A stretch of DNA of 64,000 nt, taken from Bacteroidia bacterium (lineage in GTDB: Bacteria > Bacteroidota > Bacteroidia > NS11-12g > UBA9320). The notes beneath the pieces are model-generated. The model was not told where the DNA came from, did not search any database, and worked only from the letters and a program-made list of their open reading frames with translations. The translations under genes were made by a program, and so were the position numbers. The first letter of the stretch is position 1; the number at the start of each line of letters is the position of its first letter. Positions 51,102 to 59,613 of this stretch are shown here, piece by piece. The stretch spans positions 319,020 through 383,019 of the forward strand of contig CBDCFW010000001.1 in NCBI GenBank assembly GCA_965216465.1, given 5' to 3'.

Positions 51102-53567
51102 TTGGACACAGAAGGCTACCGACACACCCTATTTATTGAGGTTTTGCTTCCTTTAAACCTAAAAAACACGTTTACTTATCGTGTTCCTGCCGAACTTAAC
51201 GAAGAGGTTATAGTTGGAAAACGTGTTAGTGTTCCTTTTGGTCGTAAAAAAGTAATGGCTGGTATCATATTTAAGATTACTGAACAACCGCCAGAGGGCT
51301 ATGAAGCACGATACATTTTTGACGTTGTAGATTCTGAGCCTATAATTTCTGAATCACAGCTTGAATTTTGGAAGTGGATTGCTTCATATTACATGTGTTC
51401 TTTGGGTTTGGTATACAATGCGGCCATGCCGGCAGGGTTAAAACTTGAAGGAGAATCGATACTTATTCTCAATCCTGAGTTTGATGAGAGTCAAGCCATT
51501 CTTGATCAAAGTGAGTTTATTATTTTAGAAGCGATTAGAGCTCAACGTGAACTTACCGTTGCTCAAGCTGGCAGCCTATTGAAATCCAATCAAATTCATA
51601 AATATGTACGATCGCTGTACCTTAAGGGGGCTATTTTTATGAAAGAGGATGTTTCGGCAAGCTTTACACCTAAGAAAGTAGCGTTTATCTCAATTCATCC
51701 AGAACTCAGGGAAGATTCAGCACTAAGCGAAGTGTTTAATAAACTTGAGAAGCGTGCACATAAACAAGTTGAAGCATTGATGCACTTCATTAGCAAGTTT
51801 TCGGTTGGCGGAGAGATTGAAAAACTAAAATTGATAAAATCAGGTGCCAATACAAATGCAGTTAAGGCACTGATTACCAAAAATATTCTTGTTTCAGAGT
51901 CGCGTGAAGTCTCTCGACTTAGCTTCAATAATAATGTTAAAGAGGTTGAAGAACTTATGCCTGCACAGCTGGCTGCATACAAACAAATACACGCTGCCTT
52001 TACAGCTAACAAACCTGCTTTACTCCACGGAATCACCAGCAGCGGCAAAACACACATTTACAGCCACTTAATTAAGCAAACACTGGAGCAAGGTGAACAG
52101 GTTCTCTATCTTCTTCCTGAAATAGCACTCACAAGCCAACTCATCGATAGACTAGAAACCTATTTCGGATCACAACTGGTAGTTTCTCATTCTAAGTTTA
52201 GCAAAAATGAACGTGTTGAGGTATACCAAGAAATTAAAAAAGGGAAACCCTTATTGATAGTCGGAACGCGTAGTGCCGTTTTTCTGCCTTTTGTTAAACT
52301 CGGATTAATTGTGGTTGATGAAGAACACGAGAACAGTTTCAAGCAGTATGAACCTGCTCCGCGATTTAATGCTCGAGATACGGCGTTGTACATTTCTGCT
52401 AAGCACAAGTGCAACATTGTTTTAGGAAGTGCAACACCTGCCGTTGAGTCGTTCTACAATTCGCAGCAAGGTAAATACCAGCTCATTTCACTTCAAAAGC
52501 GTTACGATGATGTTAGTTTACCCAACATTACGGTAGTAGATATGCAACAGCAAAAAAAGCAAAAGCGTATCAAAGGCATATTTAGTGACACATTACTTTC
52601 TGCAATAGAAGCTACCAAAAATGCCAAGAAGCAAACCATTCTGTTTCAAAATAAAAAAGGATATGTACCGGTACTAGAATGTAATGTTTGCAGTTGGACT
52701 CCAAAGTGCAAGAATTGCGATATTTCATTAACCTATTACAAGTATCAAAACAATTTAAGGTGTCATTACTGTGGATATACTCAACCGGTAGTTCACCAAT
52801 GTTCTTCGTGTGGCAATAAAGGAATTGAGTTGATCGGATACGGAACAGAAAGAATAGAAGATGAATTAAAACTATATCTTCCAGACCTCAAGATAAAGCG
52901 GCTAGACTACAACACAACTCGCCTAAAGAATGCTCATAAAAAAATTATAACAGCCTTTGGTAATGGAGAAATTGATGTATTGATCGGAACCCAGATGATT
53001 GCAAAAGGGTTAGACTTTGAAAATGTAACGACAGTTGGTGTGCTCAATGCGGATCATCTGCTTAACTTTCCAGACTTTAGAGCAAACGAGCGCACTTACC
53101 AACTTCTTACTCAAGTTGCAGGACGAGCAGGTCGACGTAAAGAGGTAGGAGATGTGTACATACAAACATCTAAACCAAACCACTACATAATTGAGAAAAT
53201 AGTTGAGCATGATTATAATGGGATGTACGAGCTTGATATAGCAGAAAGAGAAAGCTTTGATTATCCTCCGTTTAAAAGATTGGTTAAACTTACCCTTAAG
53301 CACAAAGACCCTTTAGAACTTTATAAAATTGGACAGCATTGCAAGATGCATTTAACCGGTTACTTTGGCCAATCAGTTTTAGGACCAGAAAAACCCTATG
53401 TAAGTAAAATCAGAAACTTGTATATCCTCAATTTCGTTCTAAAAATTGACAATTCAACAGCTCAGATTAAAGAAAAGAAAAAGCTTTTATATCGAGCTAT
53501 TCACGAAATGGAAGCTGACGCCATGTACAAGAACACCCGCATTATTGTTGATGTTGACCCCATGTAG
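51102..53567 (+). CDS. priA: Primosomal protein N' (replication restart helicase)
   Basis: FTYRVP, LHGITSSGKT, LPEIALT, VDEEHE, SATP, four CxxC pairs, GTQMIAKGLDF and QVAGRAGR. Confidence 0.97.
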   Translation: MDTEGYRHTLFIEVLLPLNLKNTFTYRVPAELNEEVIVGKRVSVPFGRKKVMAGIIFKITEQPPEGYEARYIFDVVDSEPIISESQLEFWKWIASYYMCSLGLVYNAAMPAGLKLEGESILILNPEFDESQAILDQSEFIILEAIRAQRELTVAQAGSLLKSNQIHKYVRSLYLKGAIFMKEDVSASFTPKKVAFISIHPELREDSALSEVFNKLEKRAHKQVEALMHFISKFSVGGEIEKLKLIKSGANTNAVKALITKNILVSESREVSRLSFNNNVKEVEELMPAQLAAYKQIHAAFTANKPALLHGITSSGKTHIYSHLIKQTLEQGEQVLYLLPEIALTSQLIDRLETYFGSQLVVSHSKFSKNERVEVYQEIKKGKPLLIVGTRSAVFLPFVKLGLIVVDEEHENSFKQYEPAPRFNARDTALYISAKHKCNIVLGSATPAVESFYNSQQGKYQLISLQKRYDDVSLPNITVVDMQQQKKQKRIKGIFSDTLLSAIEATKNAKKQTILFQNKKGYVPVLECNVCSWTPKCKNCDISLTYYKYQNNLRCHYCGYTQPVVHQCSSCGNKGIELIGYGTERIEDELKLYLPDLKIKRLDYNTTRLKNAHKKIITAFGNGEIDVLIGTQMIAKGLDFENVTTVGVLNADHLLNFPDFRANERTYQLLTQVAGRAGRRKEVGDVYIQTSKPNHYIIEKIVEHDYNGMYELDIAERESFDYPPFKRLVKLTLKHKDPLELYKIGQHCKMHLTGYFGQSVLGPEKPYVSKIRNLYILNFVLKIDNSTAQIKEKKKLLYRAIHEMEADAMYKNTRIIVDVDPM

Positions 53568-53589
53568 TCACTAACTATATCTAAATTTC

Positions 53590-53603
53590 GTAACCTATGT
53601 TAC
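53590..53603. promoter_or_regulatory. Palindromic operator GTAAC-N4-GTTAC upstream of sqr
   Basis: gtaac-ctat-gttac is a perfect dyad with GTA-N8-TAC geometry. Confidence 0.55.
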
Positions 53604-53621
53604 CCTCGACAACAAATCAAC

Positions 53622-53644
53622 TTCTGATGTGATATTCATCAGAA
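53622..53644. promoter_or_regulatory. Inverted repeat TTCTGATG-N7-CATCAGAA upstream of the sqr promoter
   Basis: Perfect 8-bp arms. Lies at the expected -33 region of the TAACTTTG element. Confidence 0.5.
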
Positions 53645-53665
53645 ATTTAAGGCCTGCATTGCCCC

Positions 53666-53673
53666 TAACTTTG
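53666..53673 (+). promoter_or_regulatory. -7 promoter element of the sqr operon
   Basis: TAACTTTG, 43 nt before ATG 53717. Confidence 0.6.
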
Positions 53674-53716
53674 GACTGAAAGTCAGAGAGAATCAAGCTC
53701 TACTTCAACCAAAAAA

Positions 53717-54958
53717 ATGCAAAGAATACTAATATTAGGAGCTGGAACATCAGGTACTATGATGGCCAACCACCTTCGTAAAAGACTTCCTGTAAGCGAT
53801 TGGAATATTACTATAGTTGACAAAGACGAAACGCACTATTATCAACCTGGTTTCTTGTTTGTTCCCTTCGATATTTACAAGCCAAAGCAAACCAAAAAAT
53901 CAATCGATAAATTCATTCCTAAAGGTGTTGACCTTTTAAGATCTAAGATTGACCGAATCGATAAAGACAACAATCAGGTCATTCTTGAAAGTGGAGTGAA
54001 GCTTGGTTATAACATTCTAATTGTAGCAACCGGAACCAATATAGCTCCTGAAGAAATTGAAGGAATGCTTGGCAAAGAATGGCACAAGAGCATTTTCGAT
54101 TTCTACACCTACGACGGTGCAAAGAACTTAAGAAATAAATTGAGAGAATGGCAAGGAGGTAAGTTGGTTGTTCATATAGCTGAAATGCCTATCAAGTGCC
54201 CTGTAGCCCCTCTTGAATTTGCATTCTTGGCTGATTCTTATTTCATCAACAAGGGTATGCGCGATAAGGTTGACATCACATTTGTTACTCCCATGGACGG
54301 TGCATTTACCAAACCTAAAGCAACAGCTGAATTGAATCACCTCCTAGAAGAAAAAGGAATAAAAATCGTTCCTAACTTCAATATTGAACGTGTCGATTCT
54401 GAGAACAATAAGATTATAGACTATGCCGAAACCGAAGTAGAATACGATTTGCTCGTTACCGTTCCGACAAACATGGGTGATGAGATGATAGAACGTAGCG
54501 GAATGGGTGATGATTTGAACTTCGTTCCAACCAATAAAGCTACGCTTCAAACTAAGATAAAAGACAACATTTTCGCAATAGGTGATGCAACGAATATTCC
54601 AGCATCTAAAGCAGGGTCTGTTGCCCACTTTGAAGCAGAAATACTTACCGAAAATATTCTTCGGTATATCAATAACGAGCCGTTAAAAGAAGAATTTGAT
54701 GGTCATGCAAACTGCTTTGTTGAAACAGGACATGGCAAAGCATTGCTAATTGACTTTAACTATACACACGAGCCTGTAACAGGAACTTTTCCGCTACCCG
54801 GAGTGGGACCATTAAGCTTGCTTAAAGAAACGCACATGAACCACTTAGGTAAGTTAGCCTTTAGATGGGTTTATTGGAACATGCTCATCCAAGGAAAACA
54901 CATTCCATTTGTTTCAGCAACAATGAGTACAGCAGGAAAAGATCTAGAACCAGGATAA
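53717..54958 (+). CDS. sqr: Sulfide:quinone oxidoreductase (type III-like)
   Basis: ILGAGTSG FAD motif, HYYQPG, IKCPVAPLE (first Cys), IGDAT...KAGSVAH and GHANCFVE (second Cys). Confidence 0.8.
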   Translation: MQRILILGAGTSGTMMANHLRKRLPVSDWNITIVDKDETHYYQPGFLFVPFDIYKPKQTKKSIDKFIPKGVDLLRSKIDRIDKDNNQVILESGVKLGYNILIVATGTNIAPEEIEGMLGKEWHKSIFDFYTYDGAKNLRNKLREWQGGKLVVHIAEMPIKCPVAPLEFAFLADSYFINKGMRDKVDITFVTPMDGAFTKPKATAELNHLLEEKGIKIVPNFNIERVDSENNKIIDYAETEVEYDLLVTVPTNMGDEMIERSGMGDDLNFVPTNKATLQTKIKDNIFAIGDATNIPASKAGSVAHFEAEILTENILRYINNEPLKEEFDGHANCFVETGHGKALLIDFNYTHEPVTGTFPLPGVGPLSLLKETHMNHLGKLAFRWVYWNMLIQGKHIPFVSATMSTAGKDLEPG

Positions 54959-54986
54959 AATTATAAAAACTTAAAAACCCAATATC

Positions 54987-55298
54987 ATGACAGAAAGAAC
55001 ATACGCCGGACAAACACTTAAGACCAGTGAACAAGGCTACCTCGAAAATTTAAACGATTGGAACAAGGAAATTGGACTTGAAATTGCCAACGAAGAAAAT
55101 GTACAAATGACTGACGAACACTGGAAAGTGGTTGACTACATTCAAGATCAGTACAAACAAGAAATACCACTTACGATTCGTAAGGTTGGTAAAAGCGGAA
55201 TTGTAAGCATCAAAGAATTTTATCAGCTGTTTCCAGATGGACCGTTGAAAAAGGCAAGTAGAATATCTGGTATTCCTAAACCTGCTAGTTGTATTTAA
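54987..55298 (+). CDS. tusE: TusE/DsrC-family sulfur carrier (single C-terminal Cys, TusE-type)
   Basis: GYL.N..DW, MTDEHWKVV, YQLFPDGP and ISGIPKPASCI. Confidence 0.88.
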   Translation: MTERTYAGQTLKTSEQGYLENLNDWNKEIGLEIANEENVQMTDEHWKVVDYIQDQYKQEIPLTIRKVGKSGIVSIKEFYQLFPDGPLKKASRISGIPKPASCI

Positions 55299-55350
55299 AC
55301 TTGACCTAACGCCTAATAACCCCTTTGTTAAATCATAAAAATCAGAAATC

Positions 55351-55830
55351 ATGGAAGAATCAAAAAAAATAAAAAAGATGATGTTAATCATCTCTAAGGC
55401 TACCTTAGAAAACGTATACGCTGGATTTATCTTAGCCAATGGTGCAAGAATGGAAGGAATTGAGTCTGAAATATTCTTCACCTTCTTTGGGCTCGAGGCC
55501 ATTCAAAAGAAAAAATTAAATGATTTGCACGTGGCTACTGTAGGTAATCCTGCAATGCACATCCCTACTATGATAGGTGGCTTACCAGGTATGGAGGCTG
55601 TTGCAACCAAGATGATGAAATCTAAAATGGAACAACTTGACATCCCTCCTGTAGACGAATTCCTTGAAATACTAACTGCCTCAGGATCTAAACTTTGGGC
55701 ATGTAAGCTTGCCATGGAAATGTTTAATCTTACAGAAGAAGACTTAATCGACGATGTTGATGGTGTTCTAACTGTTGGCGACTTCTACGAAAGAGCAGAA
55801 GGCGAAAGAACTCACATGGTCTTTATATAA
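55351..55830 (+). CDS. DsrE2/DsrE-DsrF-DrsH-like sulfurtransferase
   Basis: FILANGA, IFFTFFGL and KLWACKLAMEMF (conserved Cys). Confidence 0.85.
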   Translation: MEESKKIKKMMLIISKATLENVYAGFILANGARMEGIESEIFFTFFGLEAIQKKKLNDLHVATVGNPAMHIPTMIGGLPGMEAVATKMMKSKMEQLDIPPVDEFLEILTASGSKLWACKLAMEMFNLTEEDLIDDVDGVLTVGDFYERAEGERTHMVFI

Positions 55831-55842
55831 ATCCTAAATTTT

Positions 55843-55882
55843 ACCAATGCCGTGCAACAATTGTGGCACGGTATTGGTTTAA
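55843..55882 (+). terminator. Stem-loop after the sulfur operon (probable terminator)
   Basis: accaatgccgtgc...gcacggtattggt forms a 13-bp stem with one G-U pair, followed by only a short T-tract. Confidence 0.5.
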
Positions 55883-55892
55883 TTTGTACCAA

Positions 55893-56291
55893 ATGAGAAA
55901 CTTACTTACAATCTTTGTGCTAATTCTCAGCACATCTGTTTTTGCTCAAAAGGCACAAGTTACATTCGAAAAGAAAGGCCAAGTCTTTAAAGGTTTAAAC
56001 GAAGGTGAAACACTTTCGTTTTCATATGTTTTTACCAATACAGGAAGCGTAGATTTTCAAATTGAAGGTGTTCATCCTACTTGTGGCTGCACAGTTGCCG
56101 ACTGGCCAAAAGAAGCCATAAAACCGGGTCAAACTGATTCAATCAAAGTTACTTTTAATACAGAAGGAAGACCAGGCTACAATGCCAAAGGAGTTAATAT
56201 TCACAGCAATGCTGGTGAAATTAATTTGGTTTTTGAGGCCTATGTTACCTCTAAAGATGGCCGAAAGCCAGATGAAGAATCCTCCTATTAA
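55893..56291 (+). CDS. DUF1573 domain-containing exported protein
   Basis: Signal peptide, FTNTG, PTCGCTV, IKPG and VTFNTEGRPG. Confidence 0.88.
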   Translation: MRNLLTIFVLILSTSVFAQKAQVTFEKKGQVFKGLNEGETLSFSYVFTNTGSVDFQIEGVHPTCGCTVADWPKEAIKPGQTDSIKVTFNTEGRPGYNAKGVNIHSNAGEINLVFEAYVTSKDGRKPDEESSY

Positions 56292-56294
56292 TTA

Positions 56295-57176
56295 TTATCT
56301 ATTGACTACAATAGGGTACTTGGTAGTTTGATAGTGGTTTTCCACCTCTAAATGGTAAAACCCATTTTTTAACATCCTAACATCCAATAGATTGGTGTAT
56401 TCACTGGTCATTTCAGCTACTCCTAAAGTATTGTAAAGTGTCAATCGATCGACACTTTCCGACAAGCGAATTATATCACTAACCGGATTAGGACCAACAA
56501 TCAAACTAGGAGCATCTATACATTCTGCGGCAAAAACATCAGAATAGCTAAATTTTCCATCGTAATCGATTTGTTTTATTCTGTATAGTGTTCTTTGCGA
56601 TTCTGGCACGAGGTCTAAATTGTACCGTGTTACCACATTTGAATTTCCCATACCTCCTACCCAAGCAACAGTTACCCATTCGTCGCTTAGCAACTTTTGA
56701 ACTTCAAAGCCTGAATTATTGATTTCGCTGGCTGTAGACCATTGTATTTGATGAGAGGAGCAATTGTAACCCGCAGAAAGCCAAGTGACAGGAACGGCAC
56801 TAACACCCGAGTCTCCCGCACAACTCGATCCTCCACAAATACTATTTGTATGTCCAGACCAGTCTAAGAACAACGGAGAAGCACAGTTAGGACGCGTGAA
56901 CGGACCGTAAGACACCGTTGTTGGAGTCGTTGTAGTAGCTTGACAATTGGTCATCACCATCGTATCTGTACCACAGTAAATTGTAATTTGAACACTTTTA
57001 CTTCCCCCCGAAGTTGTAGACAAATGAGCAGTAAAGCTGTAGTCGGAAGTACCATTGCCGTTATCGACAATGCCAAAGACCAAACTATCAACTAAGCCAC
57101 AGTTTTGAGCATACGTGTTCTCGTAGCCACATAGCAGAAACACTACTGCTACTAGCAATTTAGAATACCTCATCAT
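56295..57176 (-). CDS. Small T9SS type A cargo protein
   Basis: Signal peptide, Cys-rich N-terminal domain, PVTW...WSTASEINNSGFEVQ...YRIKQIDYDG and CTD (PNPVSD...GFYHL). Confidence 0.8.
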   Translation of the reverse strand: MMRYSKLLVAVVFLLCGYENTYAQNCGLVDSLVFGIVDNGNGTSDYSFTAHLSTTSGGSKSVQITIYCGTDTMVMTNCQATTTTPTTVSYGPFTRPNCASPLFLDWSGHTNSICGGSSCAGDSGVSAVPVTWLSAGYNCSSHQIQWSTASEINNSGFEVQKLLSDEWVTVAWVGGMGNSNVVTRYNLDLVPESQRTLYRIKQIDYDGKFSYSDVFAAECIDAPSLIVGPNPVSDIIRLSESVDRLTLYNTLGVAEMTSEYTNLLDVRMLKNGFYHLEVENHYQTTKYPIVVNR

Positions 57177-57331
57177 ATTCTTGCAAATATCAGCTCAGAA
57201 AAACACGATAACAACCTTAAATTAACATTTGACAAATTTCTGTACAGTCAAGTATTTCCAACAAACTAAAAATAGTGCATAACCTCGGGATTAATTTTCC
57301 GTTTTTTCATGCACACTTCTCTTCAAAATGA

Positions 57332-57339
57332 TACTTTTG
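57332..57339 (+). promoter_or_regulatory. -7 promoter element of sucC
   Basis: TACTTTTG, 17 nt before the ATG. Confidence 0.6.
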
Positions 57340-57356
57340 CAGCCTAAATTTCAAAC

Positions 57357-58547
57357 ATGAATATTCACGAATATCAAGCAAAAGGAATTCTTAAATCTTT
57401 TGGTGTAGCTATACAAGAAGGTGTAGTGATAGACAAAAAAGAAGATGCTTTATCTGCCGTTAAAAACCTTAGAGAAGAAACAGGTACCGACTGGGTAGTC
57501 GTTAAGGCTCAAATTCACGCTGGTGGTAGAGGTAAAGGAGGCGGTGTTAAGCTAGCCAAAAATGACGAAGAATTGGTTCAAGTTGTTGATGATATTCTTG
57601 GCATGCAGCTTATTACTCCACAAACTTCTAAAGAAGGTAAGAAGGTTAATAAAGTACTTATTGCACAAGATGTTTACTACCCAGGCGAGAATGAGCCTCA
57701 AGAATATTACATGAGTGTTCTTTTAGATAGAGCATTAGGCCAAAATGTAATTATTTACACCACAGAAGGTGGGATGGATATTGAAGAGGTAGCTCACAAC
57801 ACTCCAGAGTTAATTCACAAAGAATGGGTTGATCCTGCAATTGGTCTTCAACCTTTCCAAGCACGTAAAATTGCCTTTAACCTAGGTCTTTCAGGAGATG
57901 CATTTAAAGGTATGGTGAAGTTTGTAAATGCTCTTTACAAAGCATATACTTCTATCGATGCTTCATTATTTGAAATTAATCCAGTATTAAAAACTTCTGA
58001 CGATAAAATTATAGCTGTTGACAGTAAGGTAACGCTTGACGACAACGCACTATACAGACACAAAGACTACGCTGCACTTCGCGACGAGACCGAAGAAGAC
58101 CCAACTGAAGTAGAGGCAAAAAAGCACCACCTAAACTTTATTAAGCTTGATGGTAATGTAGGATGTATGGTAAATGGTGCCGGACTTGCTATGGCCACTA
58201 TGGACATCATTAAACTTAGTGGTGGTGAACCTGCAAACTTTCTTGATGTTGGAGGAGGTGCGAATGCAGAAACTGTAGAAGCTGGTTTCCGTATTATCCT
58301 AAAAGATCCTAACGTTAAAGCTATCCTGATTAATATTTTTGGAGGAATTGTTCGTTGCGATAGAGTAGCAAACGGTGTTGTTGAAGCCTATAAATCAATT
58401 GGAGAAATTGATGTACCAATTATTGTTAGACTTCAAGGAACGAACGCTGAAGAAGCGAAGAAAATAATTGACGAAAGCGGACTTAAAGTGGTTTCTGCAA
58501 TTGTATTGCAAGAAGCTGCAGATAAGGTGCGTGAAGTTTTAGCATAA
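57357..58547 (+). CDS. sucC: Succinyl-CoA synthetase beta subunit (ADP-forming)
   Basis: MNIHEYQAK, KAQIHAGGRGKGGGVK, GCMVNGAGLAMATMD, NFLDVGGGA, NIFGGIVRCD and VRLQGTN. Confidence 0.98.
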   Translation: MNIHEYQAKGILKSFGVAIQEGVVIDKKEDALSAVKNLREETGTDWVVVKAQIHAGGRGKGGGVKLAKNDEELVQVVDDILGMQLITPQTSKEGKKVNKVLIAQDVYYPGENEPQEYYMSVLLDRALGQNVIIYTTEGGMDIEEVAHNTPELIHKEWVDPAIGLQPFQARKIAFNLGLSGDAFKGMVKFVNALYKAYTSIDASLFEINPVLKTSDDKIIAVDSKVTLDDNALYRHKDYAALRDETEEDPTEVEAKKHHLNFIKLDGNVGCMVNGAGLAMATMDIIKLSGGEPANFLDVGGGANAETVEAGFRIILKDPNVKAILINIFGGIVRCDRVANGVVEAYKSIGEIDVPIIVRLQGTNAEEAKKIIDESGLKVVSAIVLQEAADKVREVLA

Positions 58548-58555
58548 AAATTATC

Positions 58556-58598
58556 AAAACAGGCTAGCACGGGAGAAAACCGGCTGGCCTGTTTTTTT
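58556..58598 (+). terminator. Intrinsic terminator after sucC
   Basis: aaaacaggctagc...gctggcctgtttt stem running into a T7 tract. Confidence 0.7.
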
Positions 58599-58600
58599 AT

Positions 58601-59221
58601 ATGGCAGAATTCATTGAGATAAATCCAAACAATATTGATCAACGAAAAATTGATCAGATTGTAGGCGAGTTGAAAGTGGGAAATTTAGTAATTATCCCAA
58701 CTGACTCGATTTATGCCATTGTTGGAGATCTTTATCATAAAGATGTATTGAATTCAATTTGTAAACTCATCGACAAAAAGCCTAACAAGGTGAATCTTTC
58801 AATTCTGTGTAATGGATTGAGTAATTTATCAGAGTTTACAGCACAAATAGGTAATTCTACGTATAAATTGATGAAGCGTCTTTTACCAGGACCTTATACG
58901 TTTATTCTTCGCGCTAGCCACAGCGTTCCAAAAATCTTTAGGCAAAATAAAAAGACGATTGGTATTCGTGTTCCTGATAATTCAATAGCTCAAGCGATAA
59001 TCTCCTCCCTAGGTCATCCTGTAGTTTCAACTTCCATTCATGCCGAAGATGAAATTCAAGAATACTTGACAGAGCCAGAAGAAATTTATGAAGTTTGGAT
59101 GAATAAAGTTGCGGCTATTGTAGACGGAGGAGCCGGACATAACGTTGGAACCACTATATTTGACGCAACGCAAAATGAAGTCGAACTGGTTCGTGAAGGG
59201 CTTGGAGCAGACAGAGTTTAA
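58601..59221 (+). CDS. Sua5/YciO/YrdC-family protein (L-threonylcarbamoyladenylate synthase-like)
   Basis: IIPTDSIYA, LPGPYTFIL, TIGIRVPD, STS and VDGG...TTIFD. YciO-like. Confidence 0.9.
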   Translation: MAEFIEINPNNIDQRKIDQIVGELKVGNLVIIPTDSIYAIVGDLYHKDVLNSICKLIDKKPNKVNLSILCNGLSNLSEFTAQIGNSTYKLMKRLLPGPYTFILRASHSVPKIFRQNKKTIGIRVPDNSIAQAIISSLGHPVVSTSIHAEDEIQEYLTEPEEIYEVWMNKVAAIVDGGAGHNVGTTIFDATQNEVELVREGLGADRV

Positions 59222-59258
59222 AAACAAATGAAAACCTTAATGTTAAATAAGAGCTAGA

Positions 59259-59552
59259 ATGAAGTTGACCATAAAACTTATTACGCTTTTTTTGATTACC
59301 CTAATTGGCTTTAATTCAGTTGGCGAGTTGATTAGTGTCAATGATCAAGCGGTTCTCATTGAAAACATTGACTTTGAAGAACCTGACAAGACAGAGAAAG
59401 AAGATAAATCTGAAGAAGACAAAGAAATAAACAGCCACGATGGTTTTGACTCAGAAAAAATTAAACCTGCTGGCTATAATTTACACTTTAATCATTACAC
59501 CGGCTCTGTTTTTGCTGGCATATATACTCCCCCTCCGGAGATTAACTCTTGA
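59259..59552 (+). CDS. Small protein with signal-like N-terminus and C-terminal TPPPE motif; candidate leader peptide of sulP
   Basis: Hydrophobic N-terminus, E/K-rich linker, His-containing segment and C-terminal IYTPPPEINS. Confidence 0.7.
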   Translation: MKLTIKLITLFLITLIGFNSVGELISVNDQAVLIENIDFEEPDKTEKEDKSEEDKEINSHDGFDSEKIKPAGYNLHFNHYTGSVFAGIYTPPPEINS

Positions 59553-59613
59553 TTCAATAGGCTTTCCGACTTCGGTCAAACATTAAAAATTTTTAAAAGA
59601 GTTAATATAATTT

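Noticed and set aside
54987-55298. DsrC indicating dissimilatory sulfite reduction or reverse Dsr
   Set aside because: Only one C-terminal Cys (no C-x10-C) and no dsrAB in the window.
55864-55878. TGGCACGGTATTGG as a sigma-54 promoter
   Set aside because: The -12 element does not match TTGC at the right spacing, and the sequence is explained as one arm of the stem-loop after the sulfur operon.
57177-57356. Longest intergenic gap as a possible ncRNA or riboswitch
   Set aside because: AT-rich with no convincing structure. It is accounted for by divergent promoters.
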